From positions 209,374,001 to 209,438,000 of the forward strand of contig NC_042997.1 of assembly GCF_006345805.1 (NCBI RefSeq): a stretch of 64,000 bases of DNA, read 5' to 3'. A program made the translations under genes and the position numbers. Each line of letters begins with the position of its first letter. Within the stretch, counting starts at the first letter, position 1. Shown in pieces: positions 1-13,440 of the stretch. The notes under the pieces are model-generated. The model made no database searches, had not been told where the DNA came from, and saw nothing but the letters and a program-made list of their open reading frames with translations. The stretch comes from Octopus sinensis. Lineage: Eukaryota.

Positions 1-951
1 CATCACCATCACCATCACCATCACCATCATCATCATCATCATCACCATCACCATCATCACCATCACCATCACCATCACCATCATCACCATCACCATCACC
101 ATCACCATCATCACCATCACCATCACCATCACCATCATCACCATCACCATCACCATCATCACCATCACCATCACCATCATCATCATCACCATCACCATCA
201 CCATCACCATCATCACCATCACCATCACCATCACCATCATCACCATCACCATCACCATCATCACCATCATCACCATCACCATCACCACTCACCATCATCA
301 CCATCACCATCACCATCATCACCATCACCATCACCATCACCATCATCATCATCACCATCACCATCACCATCATCATCATCATCATCATCATCACCATCAA
401 TCACCATCACCATCACCATCACCATCACACCATCATCATCATCACCATCACCATCACCATCACACCATCATCATCATCACCATCACCATCACCATCACCA
501 TCATCAATCACCATCCCTCACCATCACCATCATCACCATCACCATCAACCATCACCATCATCACCATCACCATCACCATCACCATCACCATCATCATCAT
601 CACCATCACCATCACCATCATCACCATCACCATCACCATCACCATCACCATCATCATCATCATCATCACCATCACCATCATCACCATCACCATCACCATC
701 ACCATCATCACCATCACCATCACCATCCCATCATCACCATCACCACCATCACCACTCATCACCATCACCATCACCATCATCACCATCACCATCACCATCA
801 TCATCATCACCATCACCATCACCATCACACCATCATCATCATCACCATCACCATCACCATCACCATCATCACCATCACCATCACCATCACCATCACCATC
901 ATCACCATCACCATCACCATCACCATCATCACCATCACCATCACCATCAAC

Positions 952-982
<31 letters not shown>

Positions 983-1540
983 CCATCACCATCATCACCA
1001 TCATCATCATCATCATCACCATCACCATCATCACCATCACCATCACCATCACCATCACCATCATCACCATCACCATCACCATCATCATCATCATCATCAC
1101 CATCACCATCACCATCATCACCATCACCATCACCATCACCATCACCATCATCACCATCACCATCACCATCACCATCATCACCATCACCATCACCATCACC
1201 ATCATCACCATCACCATCACCATCATCATCATCACCATCACCATCACCATCACCATCATCACCATCACCATCACCATCACCATCACCATCATCATCATCA
1301 TCATCACCATCACCATCATCACCATCACCATCACCATCACCATCATCACCATCACCATCACCATCACCATCATCACCATCACCATCACCATCACCATCAT
1401 CACCATCACCATCACCATCATCATCATCATCATCATCATCACCATCATCACCATCACCATCACCATCACCATCATCACCATCACCATCACCATCATCACC
1501 ATCACCATCACCATCACCATCACCATCATCATCATCGCCA
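1..1540. repeat. Compound (CAT)/(CATCAC) microsatellite, at least 1.5 kb, open at the window edge
   Basis: Almost pure CAT/CAC triplets. Confidence 0.97.
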
Positions 1541-1659
1541 CCACCAACACCGTCACCTTAATCAACACGTCTATCATCATTACAACCCCAAACCTCCACC
1601 CCACCACTGTTATACAATAACACCACCATTGTTACACCAAAAATACCATTACCGTTGCG

Positions 1660-1885
1660 ATTACCATATCACCACCACCACCACCACCACTACCATCATC
1701 CTCGCTGTCTTCATCTTCGTCATTGCCGTCGTCGTCGTCGTAGTTATCACCACCACCATCGTCGTCGTCATCATCATCAAACTGCCATCACAATCACCAC
1801 AACCGCCGTTATCACTAGCATCATCATCACCACCACAACCGCCACCATCACCATCATCATCATCATCATCACCATCATCATCACC

Positions 1886-1944
<59 letters not shown>

Positions 1945-1993
1945 CACCATCATCACCATCATCACCATCATCATCATCACCATCACCATCATC

Positions 1994-2025
<32 letters not shown>

Positions 2026-2192
2026 CACCATCATCACCATCATCACCATCACCATCATCATCATCACCATCATCATCACCATCATCATCACCATCATCAC
2101 CATCATCACCATCATCATCATCGTCATCACCATCATCACCATCATCATCATCATCATCATCATCATCACCATCGTCATCATCATCATCATCA
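1660..2192. repeat. (CAC/CAT/CGT)n microsatellite
   Basis: Direct inspection. Confidence 0.93.
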
Positions 2193-2599
2193 ACATCCTC
2201 TGTTGAGTCAACGCGAGAACCTCTATCTGATCGCACGACCTGCTAGAAATAGCAACGAATTCTTCCTAAAAATTAGAAGAGAGATTCCTCGGGCAACCGT
2301 ATAGACCCCCCCCCACCACCACCACCAACGGCAATGTAGAAACTGAAGGGATGGTCACAGCCGGAACATATTCGATCCATAAGTCTGATCGCATCAGAAC
2401 TGACCTGGAACAGCAACACCAACCTCAACCACAATCCCCACCCGACGCCCCACCCCCACCTCCACCATCAATTCATCTATTGTCGGATGCCGGTAGCCAA
2501 AGTCGGTAGCACTTGTAAAGTAGGTGACGGTCGTAGTGGTGGTCGTGGCAGTATTGGTGGTGGTGTGTGTGTGGTGATAGTGTCTATGATGGTGCTGCT

Positions 2600-2614
2600 A
2601 CTGCTGATGATGAC

Positions 2615-2658
<44 letters not shown>

Positions 2659-2659
2659 C

Positions 2660-2697
<38 letters not shown>

Positions 2698-2812
2698 CGA
2701 TGATGATGATGATGATGATGATGACGACGACGACGACGATGATGGTGGTGGTGGCGGTGGCGGTGGTGATGATGATGATGATGATGATGGTTGTGGTGGT
2801 GGTGGTGGTGAG
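2600..2812. repeat. (GAT/GAC/GGT)n microsatellite
   Basis: Direct inspection. Confidence 0.93.
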
Positions 2813-3989
2813 AGGTGAATGGGTGGAACACTTTCCAAGACCGATTGTAAACAACAGCAACAGCAAGAACAGGAAGTGCCGTGGATGGAATGTTGTTGTT
2901 GAGGGTGAATCATTGAACGGTGGGGGCGGGTGAGTGGGGTCAGGCGAGGGTCAGGTCATTGATGAGGACCGGGGGGGGGGCTGAGAGGTCAGACTGTTTG
3001 AAATACGGTCTTTGTTGTGACTAGAGTTAAACAGGGTTTACTTATCCACCCTGTGGAGGGTGGATGAGGGGAAGAAAGGAAAGAGAGAGAGAGTGTGTGT
3101 GTGAGGGGTAGTGAGAGGAGAGACATGGGGGGAGAGGGGAAGGGAAGAGGGAGAGAGAGAGAGGGGTACACGGATGGAAAGCGAATGCGATGCGGGTGGA
3201 AGATGAGGGGAGAGGTGCAGACAAGAATTAAGGAATTAAGTAAAGAAAAATAAGAAAGATTTGATGATGAAGGAATCAAATGAAATATTTTAAAATTCCT
3301 GAAAGAAAAAGAAGGAAAAAAAAGAAGGAAAAAAAGAAGCGAAAACAAACGAAAAAGTAAAAAGACCCAAAGCGGAGAAAAGGAGAGAGTGAGAGTGAGA
3401 GGGGGAGTTATAGTGAGAGTGAGAGGGAGGGAAGGATAGTTAAAGAAAGGAAGTGTGACGGAAAGGGGGGAGTGTGAACTGAGAGATAGATAGATAGATA
3501 GATAGAGAGAAAGAGAGAGTAACGGAGATGGGAATAGAGAGAGAGAGAGAGAGAAGAGAGAGAAATGGGGAAGGGGGAAGAGGCGAGAAGAAGAAGGAAT
3601 GTTGAGTTGATGTTTCTGTCCCAGTTTATTGACAACAGAAATGAATGTCTTGGATATCAGTTTTATCTCTTTATCTTGTCAGTCTCTCTAGCAGAGAGAG
3701 AGAGGGAGAAAGAGTAAGAGAGAGAGAGAGAGAGAGAGAGGGAGGACAATGTATACAAGTGAATATATATACATATTGTCCTCCCTCTCTCTCTCTCTGA
3801 CATTGTATATATATATATATATATATCTAATGTGTGTGTTTATGCATTTATACATACTTATATATATATATATACATATACATCTTTACAAATCTACATA
3901 TATATACATATATATATTGGTACATCACATATATATATACATATATATCTCCAAACCTTCCAATATATACATATGTATATACATATACA

Positions 3990-4033
<44 letters not shown>

Positions 4034-4715
4034 ATATATATATATATTATATATTACACATATTTATGTATGTATACATTCATACACTTATGTTTTATTA
4101 ATATCAGAAGTATCAGATTATATATGTGTTTGTGCGTGTTAGATCATTAAACACGAATGAAATGGATGTAGGACAGCAAAATGTATATAAAAAAAGAAGT
4201 TGCTGATAAAAAACATACATAAAAAAAACTTCGATGATACTACCTCCCCCCCACCATCACCATTATCACCATTATCACAATCACAACCGTCACCATCAAC
4301 ACTACCATCCCCTCCATATCTACAACTACACACGCTATGACCACCACCACCACGTTGACTGTATCGTGCTGTAAGTGTGGGAGGAGGCGGGTGATGATAC
4401 AACTGTCGTACTTGGACCGTATCCACCTCGTCTCGCAAAGGCGAGAGGGAGGCTACAGTTATGCAAATAAGACACGGACGAGGTCTCCGTGTGAGCATTT
4501 GATCTGTTTTGAAATAGCAGCTAAATCGCCCCTGGTGTTTCCGAAAAAAGAGCATGTTGACAGTATCGCAGTATCTTCTTAAGACATAGGTACATCGGGC
4601 AGTCCCCAGGGTCGCCCAATGCTAATCTGTACGCTGTGGTTGTAGATATAGGAGCTCTGGTGCATTGTTTTGCCCGGTGGTTGGTCTACCATACTGTTAA
4701 GATGGTCCTTTATGT

Positions 4716-4880
4716 AGGAGTGGCTGTGTGGTAAGGAGCTTGCTTACTAACCACATGGTTCCGGGTTCATTCCCACTTCGTGGCATCTTGGGCAAGTGTC
4801 TTCTGCTATAGCCTCGAGCCGACCAAAGCCTTGTGAGTGGATTTGGTAGACGGAAACTGAAAGAAGCCCGTCGTATATAT
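4716..4880 (+). mobile_element. tRNA-derived SINE family A, 5' half
   Basis: ggagtggctgtgtggtaag...ggttcattccc...cttgggcaagtgtcttct...gaaagaagcccgtcg; many copies in the window. Confidence 0.85.
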
Positions 4881-4887
4881 GTATATA

Positions 4888-6092
4888 GAATGGAGTCGAA
4901 CGAAGATGTTAACAAAATTCCTTTACTCTCGACACATGTTTCGAAGACAGCATGTTTTCATTCCAAACGAATGATCTTGAATTGGGCAGGGGACGTATGA
5001 CCCGTGGTCCCCGTCTTGGATGAACCTTGAAGCTAATGTTCAGGTCGTTTGAGCAAAGTTGGCGGTATATTCTCCACATCGTACAAATGATGTACCGCTC
5101 ACGGCGACGCTGGAGAGAGTAAAGTTTCAAGGCTTTAAGGCGATCCCAATAATCGAGAGCAGCCATGCCTTCAATTCGTTTAGTGAGTGCCCTCTGGGGT
5201 GACTCAATCCTCGAGATGTTTTGTTTTGTATGGGGAGACCACAGTGGGCAGCAGTATTCGAGGTGTGGCCGTACAAAGGAGGAGAAAAGTGGTATGATGA
5301 CACCTTGTTCTCTGGACCGGAAAGTTCTTAAGATCCAGGAACTCATCCTACGAGCTATATCGACCTTCTTGTTGATGTGTGCACTCCAACTGAGATCGTC
5401 ATCAACAATTACACCCAGGTCTCTGATTTTGTTAGAGGCTGCGAGCGGTTCCCCTGAAGGAAGAGAGTATGGCTGTTTTAGTGAGGAGTTTCTTCCAAAA
5501 TGCATCAGCTCAAATTTTCCCTCATTCAGTTGCATTTTGTTTCTGTCTGCCCATTGACTCACAGCATATAGATCAGACTGGAGTTGCGTTCGGTCTGCTT
5601 CTTCATTGACGATTTGCTGGAGCTTAGTGTCATCAGCAAATATTTTCACTTTGCAGTAATGTACGACACTGGAAAGGTCGTTTATGTAAATTATGAAAGG
5701 TAGCGGACCCAAGACAGTCCCTTGGGGGACACCGCTGGTGACTTTTGCTGGGCTTGAGTGGACTCCATCAACTACATGTTGTGTTCTATTCGCCAGGAAA
5801 TACTTGATCCAGTGTAGAACTTTTCCACGGATTCCAACATTTGCCAATTTTGAGAGTAGGATGTTATGGCCTACCCTGTCGAACGCTTTACTGAAGTCAA
5901 GATATATGACGTCAGAGTTCGAACCTGTTCCCAAGGCTTTGAGTACATCTTCAATGTGGTGTAAGAGCTGTGTTAGACAGTCCCTGCAAATGAATAAGAA
6001 ATACTTAATCCAGTGTAGAACTTTTCCACGGATTCCAACATTTGCCAATTTTGAGAGTAGGATATTATGGTCTACCCTGTCGAACGCTTTAC
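4888..6092 (-). mobile_element. 5'-truncated CR1/Jockey-group LINE, open RT frame, in-frame internal duplication at its 5' end
   Basis: YLDFSKAFD, GVPQGTVLGP, KIFADDTKL, RPHLEYCCPLWSP and LQRRRERY in ORF 4909..6375. Confidence 0.93.
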
Positions 6093-6298
6093 CATACATA
6101 CATACATACATACATACATACATACATACATACATACATACATACATACATACATACATACATACGTACGTACGTACGTACATACATACATACATACATA
6201 CATACATACATACATACATACATACATACATACATACATACATACATACATACACACATACATACATACATACATACATACGTACATACATACATACG
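6093..6298. repeat. (TACA)n microsatellite
   Basis: Direct inspection. Confidence 0.95.
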
Positions 6299-6711
6299 GA
6301 ATAGCAATGTTCCACCTTTGAATGAGAGCATGTATCCCTGCCCCGTAAAATTCTGTTGACTGTTCTTTGAGCCACTTCTTCACTACAGTTTTCCCTTACT
6401 TGTCACTGGAGTAATGTTTGCCTCTCAAACCCTCTTTCATGGGGCCGAAGAGATGATAGTCCAGTGATGAGGAAGTGAAAACTGTAGTGAAGAAGTGGCA
6501 CAAACAACAGTCAACAGAATTTTACGGGGCAGCGATACACGCTCTCATTCGAAGGTGGAACATTGCTATTGAGAGAAACGGTGACTGTGTTGAGAAGTAG
6601 GGATGTGATCCACAGAGGACCAGCTTCATTTTGATGTATGATACATGTTCCTGTGTTGGTAATTATACCTGTCCTAAACAAAATAGCATTACCTTTTGAC
6701 TCACCCTCGTA
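6299..6711 (+). mobile_element. Mariner-derived fold-back element; right TIR present, left end lost
   Basis: Arms 6300-6410 and 6460-6570 are inverted; the right arm encodes a mariner-like C-terminus (STEFYGAAIHALIRRWNIAIERNGD); ends ...ttttgactcaccctcgta-TA. Confidence 0.8.
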
Positions 6712-6751
6712 TATTTATATTTCTGTATAGGTATATATAATCTGTATGTAT

Positions 6752-6790
<39 letters not shown>

Positions 6791-7221
6791 GGAGAGAGAG
6801 GGAGAGGGAGGGAGGAAGAAAGAAAGAAAGAGAGAGAGTTTCAGACTTACCATTCTGTTTATGGATGAAATTATTAAGTGGAAGCGAGTTGTTTAATAAT
6901 TTGTTCTGGGAATTATTAACCCAAGAGAAAACTTTGGACATTAAATGAAAAGGTCACGTGTTCTAGTGATTTATCGATTTTGTTTTTGCTAATTAGGCCA
7001 GTCATATGATTTAATTAGCAGAAGTTCTTGTGACTAGCGCTTGGTTGGAGAGAAAGCGCTATAGTTTTGACCGTAGTGTATCACTGGTATAGTTTTATGA
7101 AGAGAATGACGACGAAGTCTTGGGAACCTAGAAGGAGAATCAGGACATTAAGGTCTTTAATCTACTGTCATACCATTCCTTGTTCTCTGTCTGTTTATTA
7201 TTGTTTTTTATTTTTTTTTTA

Positions 7222-7527
7222 TTTATGCGCCCCTTTTCAAGCCTAGCCAGGCTCATGGGCCCGGTTTCCCGGTTTCTATGGCGTATGTGTTCCCCCAGGT
7301 GGACGGGACGCCAGTCCATCGCAGCCGTTACTCAAGAAACAGGAAGAAAGAGTGAAAGAAAGTTGTGGCGAAAGAGTACTGCAGGGATCGCCACCGCCCC
7401 CTGCCGGAGCCTCGTGGAACTTTAGGTGTTTTCGCTCAATAAACACACACAACGCCCAGTCTGGGAATCGAAACCGCATTCCTCCGGCCGCGAGTCCGCT
7501 GCGCTAACCACTGGGCCATTGCGCCTC
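7222..7527 (-). mobile_element. tRNA-derived SINE (OR-type-like)
   Basis: Minus-strand head ggcgcaaTGGCCCAGTGGttagcgcagcggactcgcgg...GGTTTCGATTCCc with A and B boxes. Confidence 0.8.
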
Positions 7528-8275
7528 ACTCTATTTATTCATGGATAACTGAAAGAGAGAGAAAATTACAAGCTTAGTTCCGAAACATTTCCAATTTTCG
7601 TGTTTGTTGCTGTTGTTTGTCTGCCCTAAGTCAGACTCGATGCCGATTTATGATCAAACGTATTCCAGTTGGGACTATCCGGTCTTTCATGAAGACGAAG
7701 AAGATTCCAGAGGGACGATGTTTTGACGAGGAAGGATCGGATATGTCGTTAGCTGATGCAGGACTGGGAAATGAAACTGGATGCGAGCTTCTCACCACAC
7801 ATTTCAAACTACATTGTGTAGTTTTAAATCGACCAGCTGTGATTTGAGGGAGATTTTCGTTGCTATTTCTAGCAGGCTCATCGACCATATAGAAGTTCCC
7901 TAGGGATATCTTAATGTAGGGTTTACCCTACTTTGATATTTTAAGAGCTGCCGCAAATAATTGTTGTTGACACACTACGGCAGAAAATGTATTCACCTCA
8001 ATAGACGTCATTGATTGGTTGAAATTGCCGAAATGCAAGAAATTAAACAACAAATAGCTTACAAACTACAGAATTTTCTCAAGAAAGCCAAGAGAAAAAG
8101 ATGTTTAATGTAACACATTCTACCAGTATACGAAGTTTAAAAGTGTTTAGTTACAAAGAAATTGTGTTGAAAACTGCCGTTCAAAAGGAAAAGATCCACT
8201 TTGGTTTCTGCAAGACCTTGTAGCAGGTTCGAAACCGAATCGCTGTACATTATGTAAATAATGTACATAATTCCT

Positions 8276-10541
8276 GAAGCGGTTATCAATTGCACTACGG
8301 AGGAACCTCTAGGTGACTCTGATCATGCTATGATCATCGCCAATCTGGCTCTTGCGGGCAACAAAAACCTGAACCATCTCCAATCTGCTTCCTTCGATTG
8401 GAAGAGAGCAGATTGGAACCTGTACCACACTGAACTACAGCACCCAAACTGGCGTGAATTCTACAACTCTGGAGATGTGAATACTATACTCCAGAGTATC
8501 CTGGACTCAATATGGGCAGCATGTGCAGCATCAGTGCCACGTAAACAAAAAAAGAAGAACCGCCCCAAAAGGGCATTTGGGAAACTTCAGCGGTCCGACT
8601 TGCCAGGAGGGAACGTCGGACTGCTGAACGGAATACAGGTTGCATAAATCAGACACCAACAGGAAGAAGCGGAATAAATCCTCCAACCATCTCAAGCAAG
8701 TGACAAAAAAAGCAGGGCTTGAATTTGAACAGTGCATAGCAGCCAATCCTGACAGCAAGGTTTTCTGGAAATATGTGCACTCAAAGCAGAGACCTCACTC
8801 TCCAGTGGGCCCTCTTCGCAACCCTCACACAAACCAGATCACTGACGACCCCAAGGAATGCGCAGAACTCATTGCCGAGTGCTATGCAAACATATTCACT
8901 GTTGAAAGTCAAAATGTACCATCTTCACCATCACTAACAGCAAACTCCATAACAACTATGGAATTTACACCTGCAATGCTGCGACGTCACCTTCAAAATA
9001 AGCGCACTATGCCTCCCCTGGTCTCGATGGAGTTACATACCTGCTTCTCAAACGTGGCAGGCACTTCCTTTTACACCAGATTTCTATTTTCTTCCAGTAC
9101 TGTCTCAACAATGGTGCTACTCCGGAGCAGTGGAAAACTGCCAGTGTCATTCTCTGTTCAAAAAGGGACCGCACATCACCTGTCAACTATCGCCCAGTCA
9201 GTCTTTGCTGTATTGCAAAACTGATGGAATCGTGTGTCAGAGAAACACTCTGGAACTTCTGGAGCTCTCACAGTCTCATCCGACCCCACAATATGGATTT
9301 GTCCCTAACTCCAGCTGCAGTGACCAGCTTGTCGAGTTCCTTGAGGACATTACTCAGATTACTGACAGTGGCTCATGGGTGGATGTTGTCTACCTTGACT
9401 TTGCTAAGGATTTCAACTCTGTGCCACACAAAAGGCTTATGGTGAAACTCTCTGCAATGGGTGTGGGGGATGACCTTTTTAACTGGTTGAAATCCTTCAT
9501 CCTCAGCCGAAAGGAGGTAGTCACAGTTCTAGGACAGCACTCTACACCATATGAGATGTCATCGGGTGTACCACAGGGATCTGTCCTTGGCCCCCTCTTG
9601 TTTGTGGCATACATTAACGACATAGATGCCAATTTAAAGAATGCCACAGTATTGAAATATGCAGACGACATCAAGCTGTACCTTGAAATCAAGAGGACAG
9701 ATCCTGATGTCTACAACTCTTTCCTGCAATCAGACCTAGACACAATGCAGCAATGGATCACAGACTGGCAACTGAAACTGGCTGTGGACAAGTGTACCAC
9801 CATGCATTTTGGGAGAAAAAACCCTGCGTTCACATACTCCCTCCACAACACTGATATCAAGAAATCCTCTTGCGAGCGTGACCTAGGCATCACTGTCAGC
9901 AGTGATCTGCGTTGGTCAAAGCATATCTCTAAGATTGTCAGGAAGGCCGAGGGTGTCTTGGCATCACTCAGCAGGTCTTTTGTTAGCTCGCTCTCCAGCC
10001 ATCTATTTAAAACTGTATACAGCTTTGGTACGACCACACTTGGAATTCGCATCATCAGTTTGGAACCCCTATCTTGCACAGAACATTGACCTCCTGGAAT
10101 CTGTCCAGAGACGTGCAACCAAACGCATACCCTCCATCAGACACCTACCATATTCTGAGCGCCTTGTTTCCCTGGGCATGGATTCACTGAAGCTCCGGCG
10201 TTTGGCGACGGACTTGGTAACACCCACAAAGTTATCAACCACCTCACCAACAACAACACTGAACACCTTTTTGATCTCCATGTGTCTAACACACGTGGAC
10301 ATGCCTACAAAGTCAGAAAACAATACAGCTCCCATGACTTTCGGAAACATTTTTTCACGCTCAGAGTTGCTGAAGCATGAATAAACTGCCTGCGTCAGTT
10401 GTTGACTGCCATGACACTGCATCTTTTAAGGCCCTCATGCTTTCCGAAATCCGCCGAAACTTCACCTGATTATATATACACTTTAGATGAGTTGTAGTGC
10501 ACCTGAGCACTGTACACAATTATTATTATTATTATTATTAT
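8276..10541 (+). mobile_element. CR1-like LINE, 5'-truncated and frameshifted, (ATT)n tail, 9-bp TSD ATAATTCCT
   Basis: Endonuclease-end motif LGDSDH; RT motifs YLDFAKDF, GVPQGSVLGPLLF and KYADDIKL across ORFs 8261-10384; TSD at 8267-8275 and 10542-10550. Confidence 0.94.
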
Positions 10542-11106
10542 ATAATTCCTCATCTCTTAAATATAGAACTGAATAACATTTTATTTCAATTTCGAAATTG
10601 TTTTTATTTTCATTTTCCTAATGACTAGGGCGAGTCCACTTTAATTAATGAGTACCCAAATGTCTTCTGCTATAGCCTCGAGCCGACCAAAGCGTTGTGA
10701 GTGGATTTGGTAGACGGAAACTAAATGAAACCCGTCGTATGTGTGTATGTGTTTGTCCCCCCTCCACTGCTGGTGTTGGAGTGTTTACGTCTCCGTAACT
10801 TAGAGGTTCAGTAAAAATGACCGATAGAATAGTTACCAGGCTTAAAAGAAAAAAAAAACAACTAAGTATTGGGGGCGATTCATTCGGCTAAAAGTCCTTC
10901 AAGGCGGTGCCCCAGCATGGCCGCAGACTAAGGACTGAAACAAGTAGAATATATAAGACGTGCACATGTCTACATTTCTGTGTGTGTGAGACCATGTTTG
11001 CCTTGTAAGTTGTGTTAAAGTACATATCTTCATGAACTTACGACGTGCCATTCAGAAGTGTGTGTGTATGGGCGCGCTGCTTTCTATCTGGGCTGGGTTG
11101 GATGGG

Positions 11107-11550
11107 CGTGTGTGTGTGTGTGTGCTCGTAAATAGGTCACTATATATATATATGTTTATGGATATGCGTGTGTGTGTGTATATACATATATATATATAGA
11201 TATACATATATACACATACACATATACATATATATACACATGTACATATATATATATATATATACATATGTATATATATATATACATATATATATATATA
11301 CATATGTATATATATACATGTATATATATATATATATATATACACATATATATATACATATACATATATATACATATATATACATATGCATATATATATA
11401 TATATATACATGTACACATATATATTAAATATGCATATATATATAACATGCATGTATGTACAATCGGTAAGGCATCAAAAATGGCGTACCACGTACATAC
11501 ATATATACATACATATATACATACATATATACATACATATATACATACGT
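11107..11550. repeat. (TA)/(CA)/(TACA) compound microsatellite
   Basis: Direct inspection. Confidence 0.92.
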
Positions 11551-12832
11551 GTGTGTATAATGGTGTGCATAGACCTGAGCCTGTATTTGAGGGTGTGTAA
11601 CACTTCATGTGTATCCGCGCGTATCTGTACGTAAGTGTATGTGTGTGTGTGTCCGTGAGTGTGCGTATCTATCATCGCCATACAACAACAACAACAACAA
11701 CTACTACTACTACTACTACTACTGTTGTTGTTTCCATCACCGTCAACAACTTCTTTACTAAACACACACACACATTATCCCTCCCCTCCCCTCCCCTCAA
11801 CACACACACACACACATTATCCCTCCCCTCCCCTCAAACACACACAACTGTACATAATTCCGCAATCTACGTTCTTTCGTCCTTTTGCACACCCCACACT
11901 ACTAAGTATTCACCCCTCCACATATATACACACATCTTCAACACTTATACATACATGTACACCAAAGGAGAAACCCTGTACCCTTTCAAAATTTACACAC
12001 ACCCATGAGCGCGAGCACACACATACCCTCTCTCACACACAGACACACCCTCTCTCTCTCACACACACTCTCTCTTTCACACACACATCCAACATTCACC
12101 ACATACACTCACACACTCAACTTTTCGACCATTTCGCACACATACACACACACAGACACATCCTCATATGCACAAACTCGCACACACATACTCATACACA
12201 ACCTATCGACATTAACAGACATACATATATACACATACACACACAAACCCAACACACATGCTTGGTCGTCCATATGTTTCGAAGTTGTCAATATGTAAGT
12301 TGTTCTGTCGGCAGACGAACCTTGAAAAACAAGAATAAAAAACGCAGATGAACACTTTGGTCAAAGAACCAGAATGGAATAGCTTTGATAGTCCATGTCT
12401 TGTTTTGCTGTCTTTGATAACTGGCACCAACCATTAAGTTATTTGCCGCTCTCTGCGTCTGAACATAAACTGGTTTTCGAAAATGGAAGGCAACCGTTTG
12501 AGGCAAATTTCCTACCGTTTCCTTCTTGTATGTTTGGCTCTTTCGTTGCTGCCGTTCAGTTCCAGGACAGACAGCCCTGATTCAGCAAATATTTACCTGG
12601 TGTGTGGTGGTCCTACCTCTCCTCACCAAGCTACGCGGTTTCAATTCTGAATACATGCCCGCTGTGATCATTCCATCCATTTTTTTCTTCTACCAAGAAT
12701 AGAGTATTAATTGTAGACACACTCAAAACGGGCATCCACATATTCCGTCTACCAAATTCATTCACAATGCATTATGCGGTCCGTGTCTATAGTAGAAGAC
12801 ACTTCCTTAAAGTGCCGGGCAGTGGAACTGGA

Positions 12833-13110
12833 AAAAAAAGTCACAGGAAAATAAAGTCACAGGGTTTTGTCCAGCGGGTGGTGTCCGAGAGTGTTTTGTC
12901 CTAGGGAAATTTTGTCCGATTCCCATAAATCAGTTTTGACTTATTTTCCTGCGACTTTATTACCGGCCACCACAAATTAATTGTGACTTTTTTTTTCTTA
13001 GCCAAAATTGTGACTTTATTCCCGGCCATCGGGACTGGACCTGAAATCACGTGGTTGCAAAGCTAGATTTTCTTAAGAAAGTCACAATTTTGGCTAGGAA
13101 AAAAAGTCAA
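12833..13110. mobile_element. Non-autonomous DNA element fragments with AAAGTCACA/TGTGACTTT motifs, nested in a family A SINE
   Basis: Repeated motif; inverted repeat 12984-13017 / 13078-13109. Confidence 0.55.
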
Positions 13111-13117
13111 TTTATGG

Positions 13118-13440
13118 CATAGGTTCTCAATATGGGCGCTACCGCCCCTCGGTGGGTGTTGTCGCAATCCAGGTGGGCGCCTAAGGGAGCGGCGGTGGTG
13201 GGGACGTAGAGAAAAAGGAGGCGTTGGGAATAAGGCAGAGGATTGGGGATGCTATGAATTTATTATAATATAGTATTGTATACAAATTAGATAATATTAT
13301 TTTAAATATCAAATGATTCATAGTATATATAAATTAGTAAAATATAAAATGTATTTATACATAAAAATAGGGATGGGGGACGCTGAGGGTATTATGTGGC
13401 CATGAGCGGGGCGGTGGTCCCAAACGTTTGAGAACTTCTG
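13118..13440. mobile_element. hAT-type MITE, 323 bp, perfect 8-bp TSD ATTTATGG
   Basis: TIR CATAGGTTCTCAA / TTGAGAACTTCTG; TSD at 13110-13117 and 13441-13448. Confidence 0.9.

Noticed and set aside
508-2866. Long ORFs (poly-MV, poly-DG, poly-S/H) at the window start
   Set aside because: Translations of CAT/CAC/GAT microsatellites; no splice or domain evidence.
7631-7790. Exon-like stretch MPIYDQTYSSWDYPVFHEDEE
   Set aside because: Matches the dispersed repeat ...tatgatcaaaggcattccagctgtgaccatcc... seen at about 17000, 50690 and 58270.
11052-12351. Multiple Tyr/Ile/His-rich ORFs
   Set aside because: TA/CA microsatellite translations.
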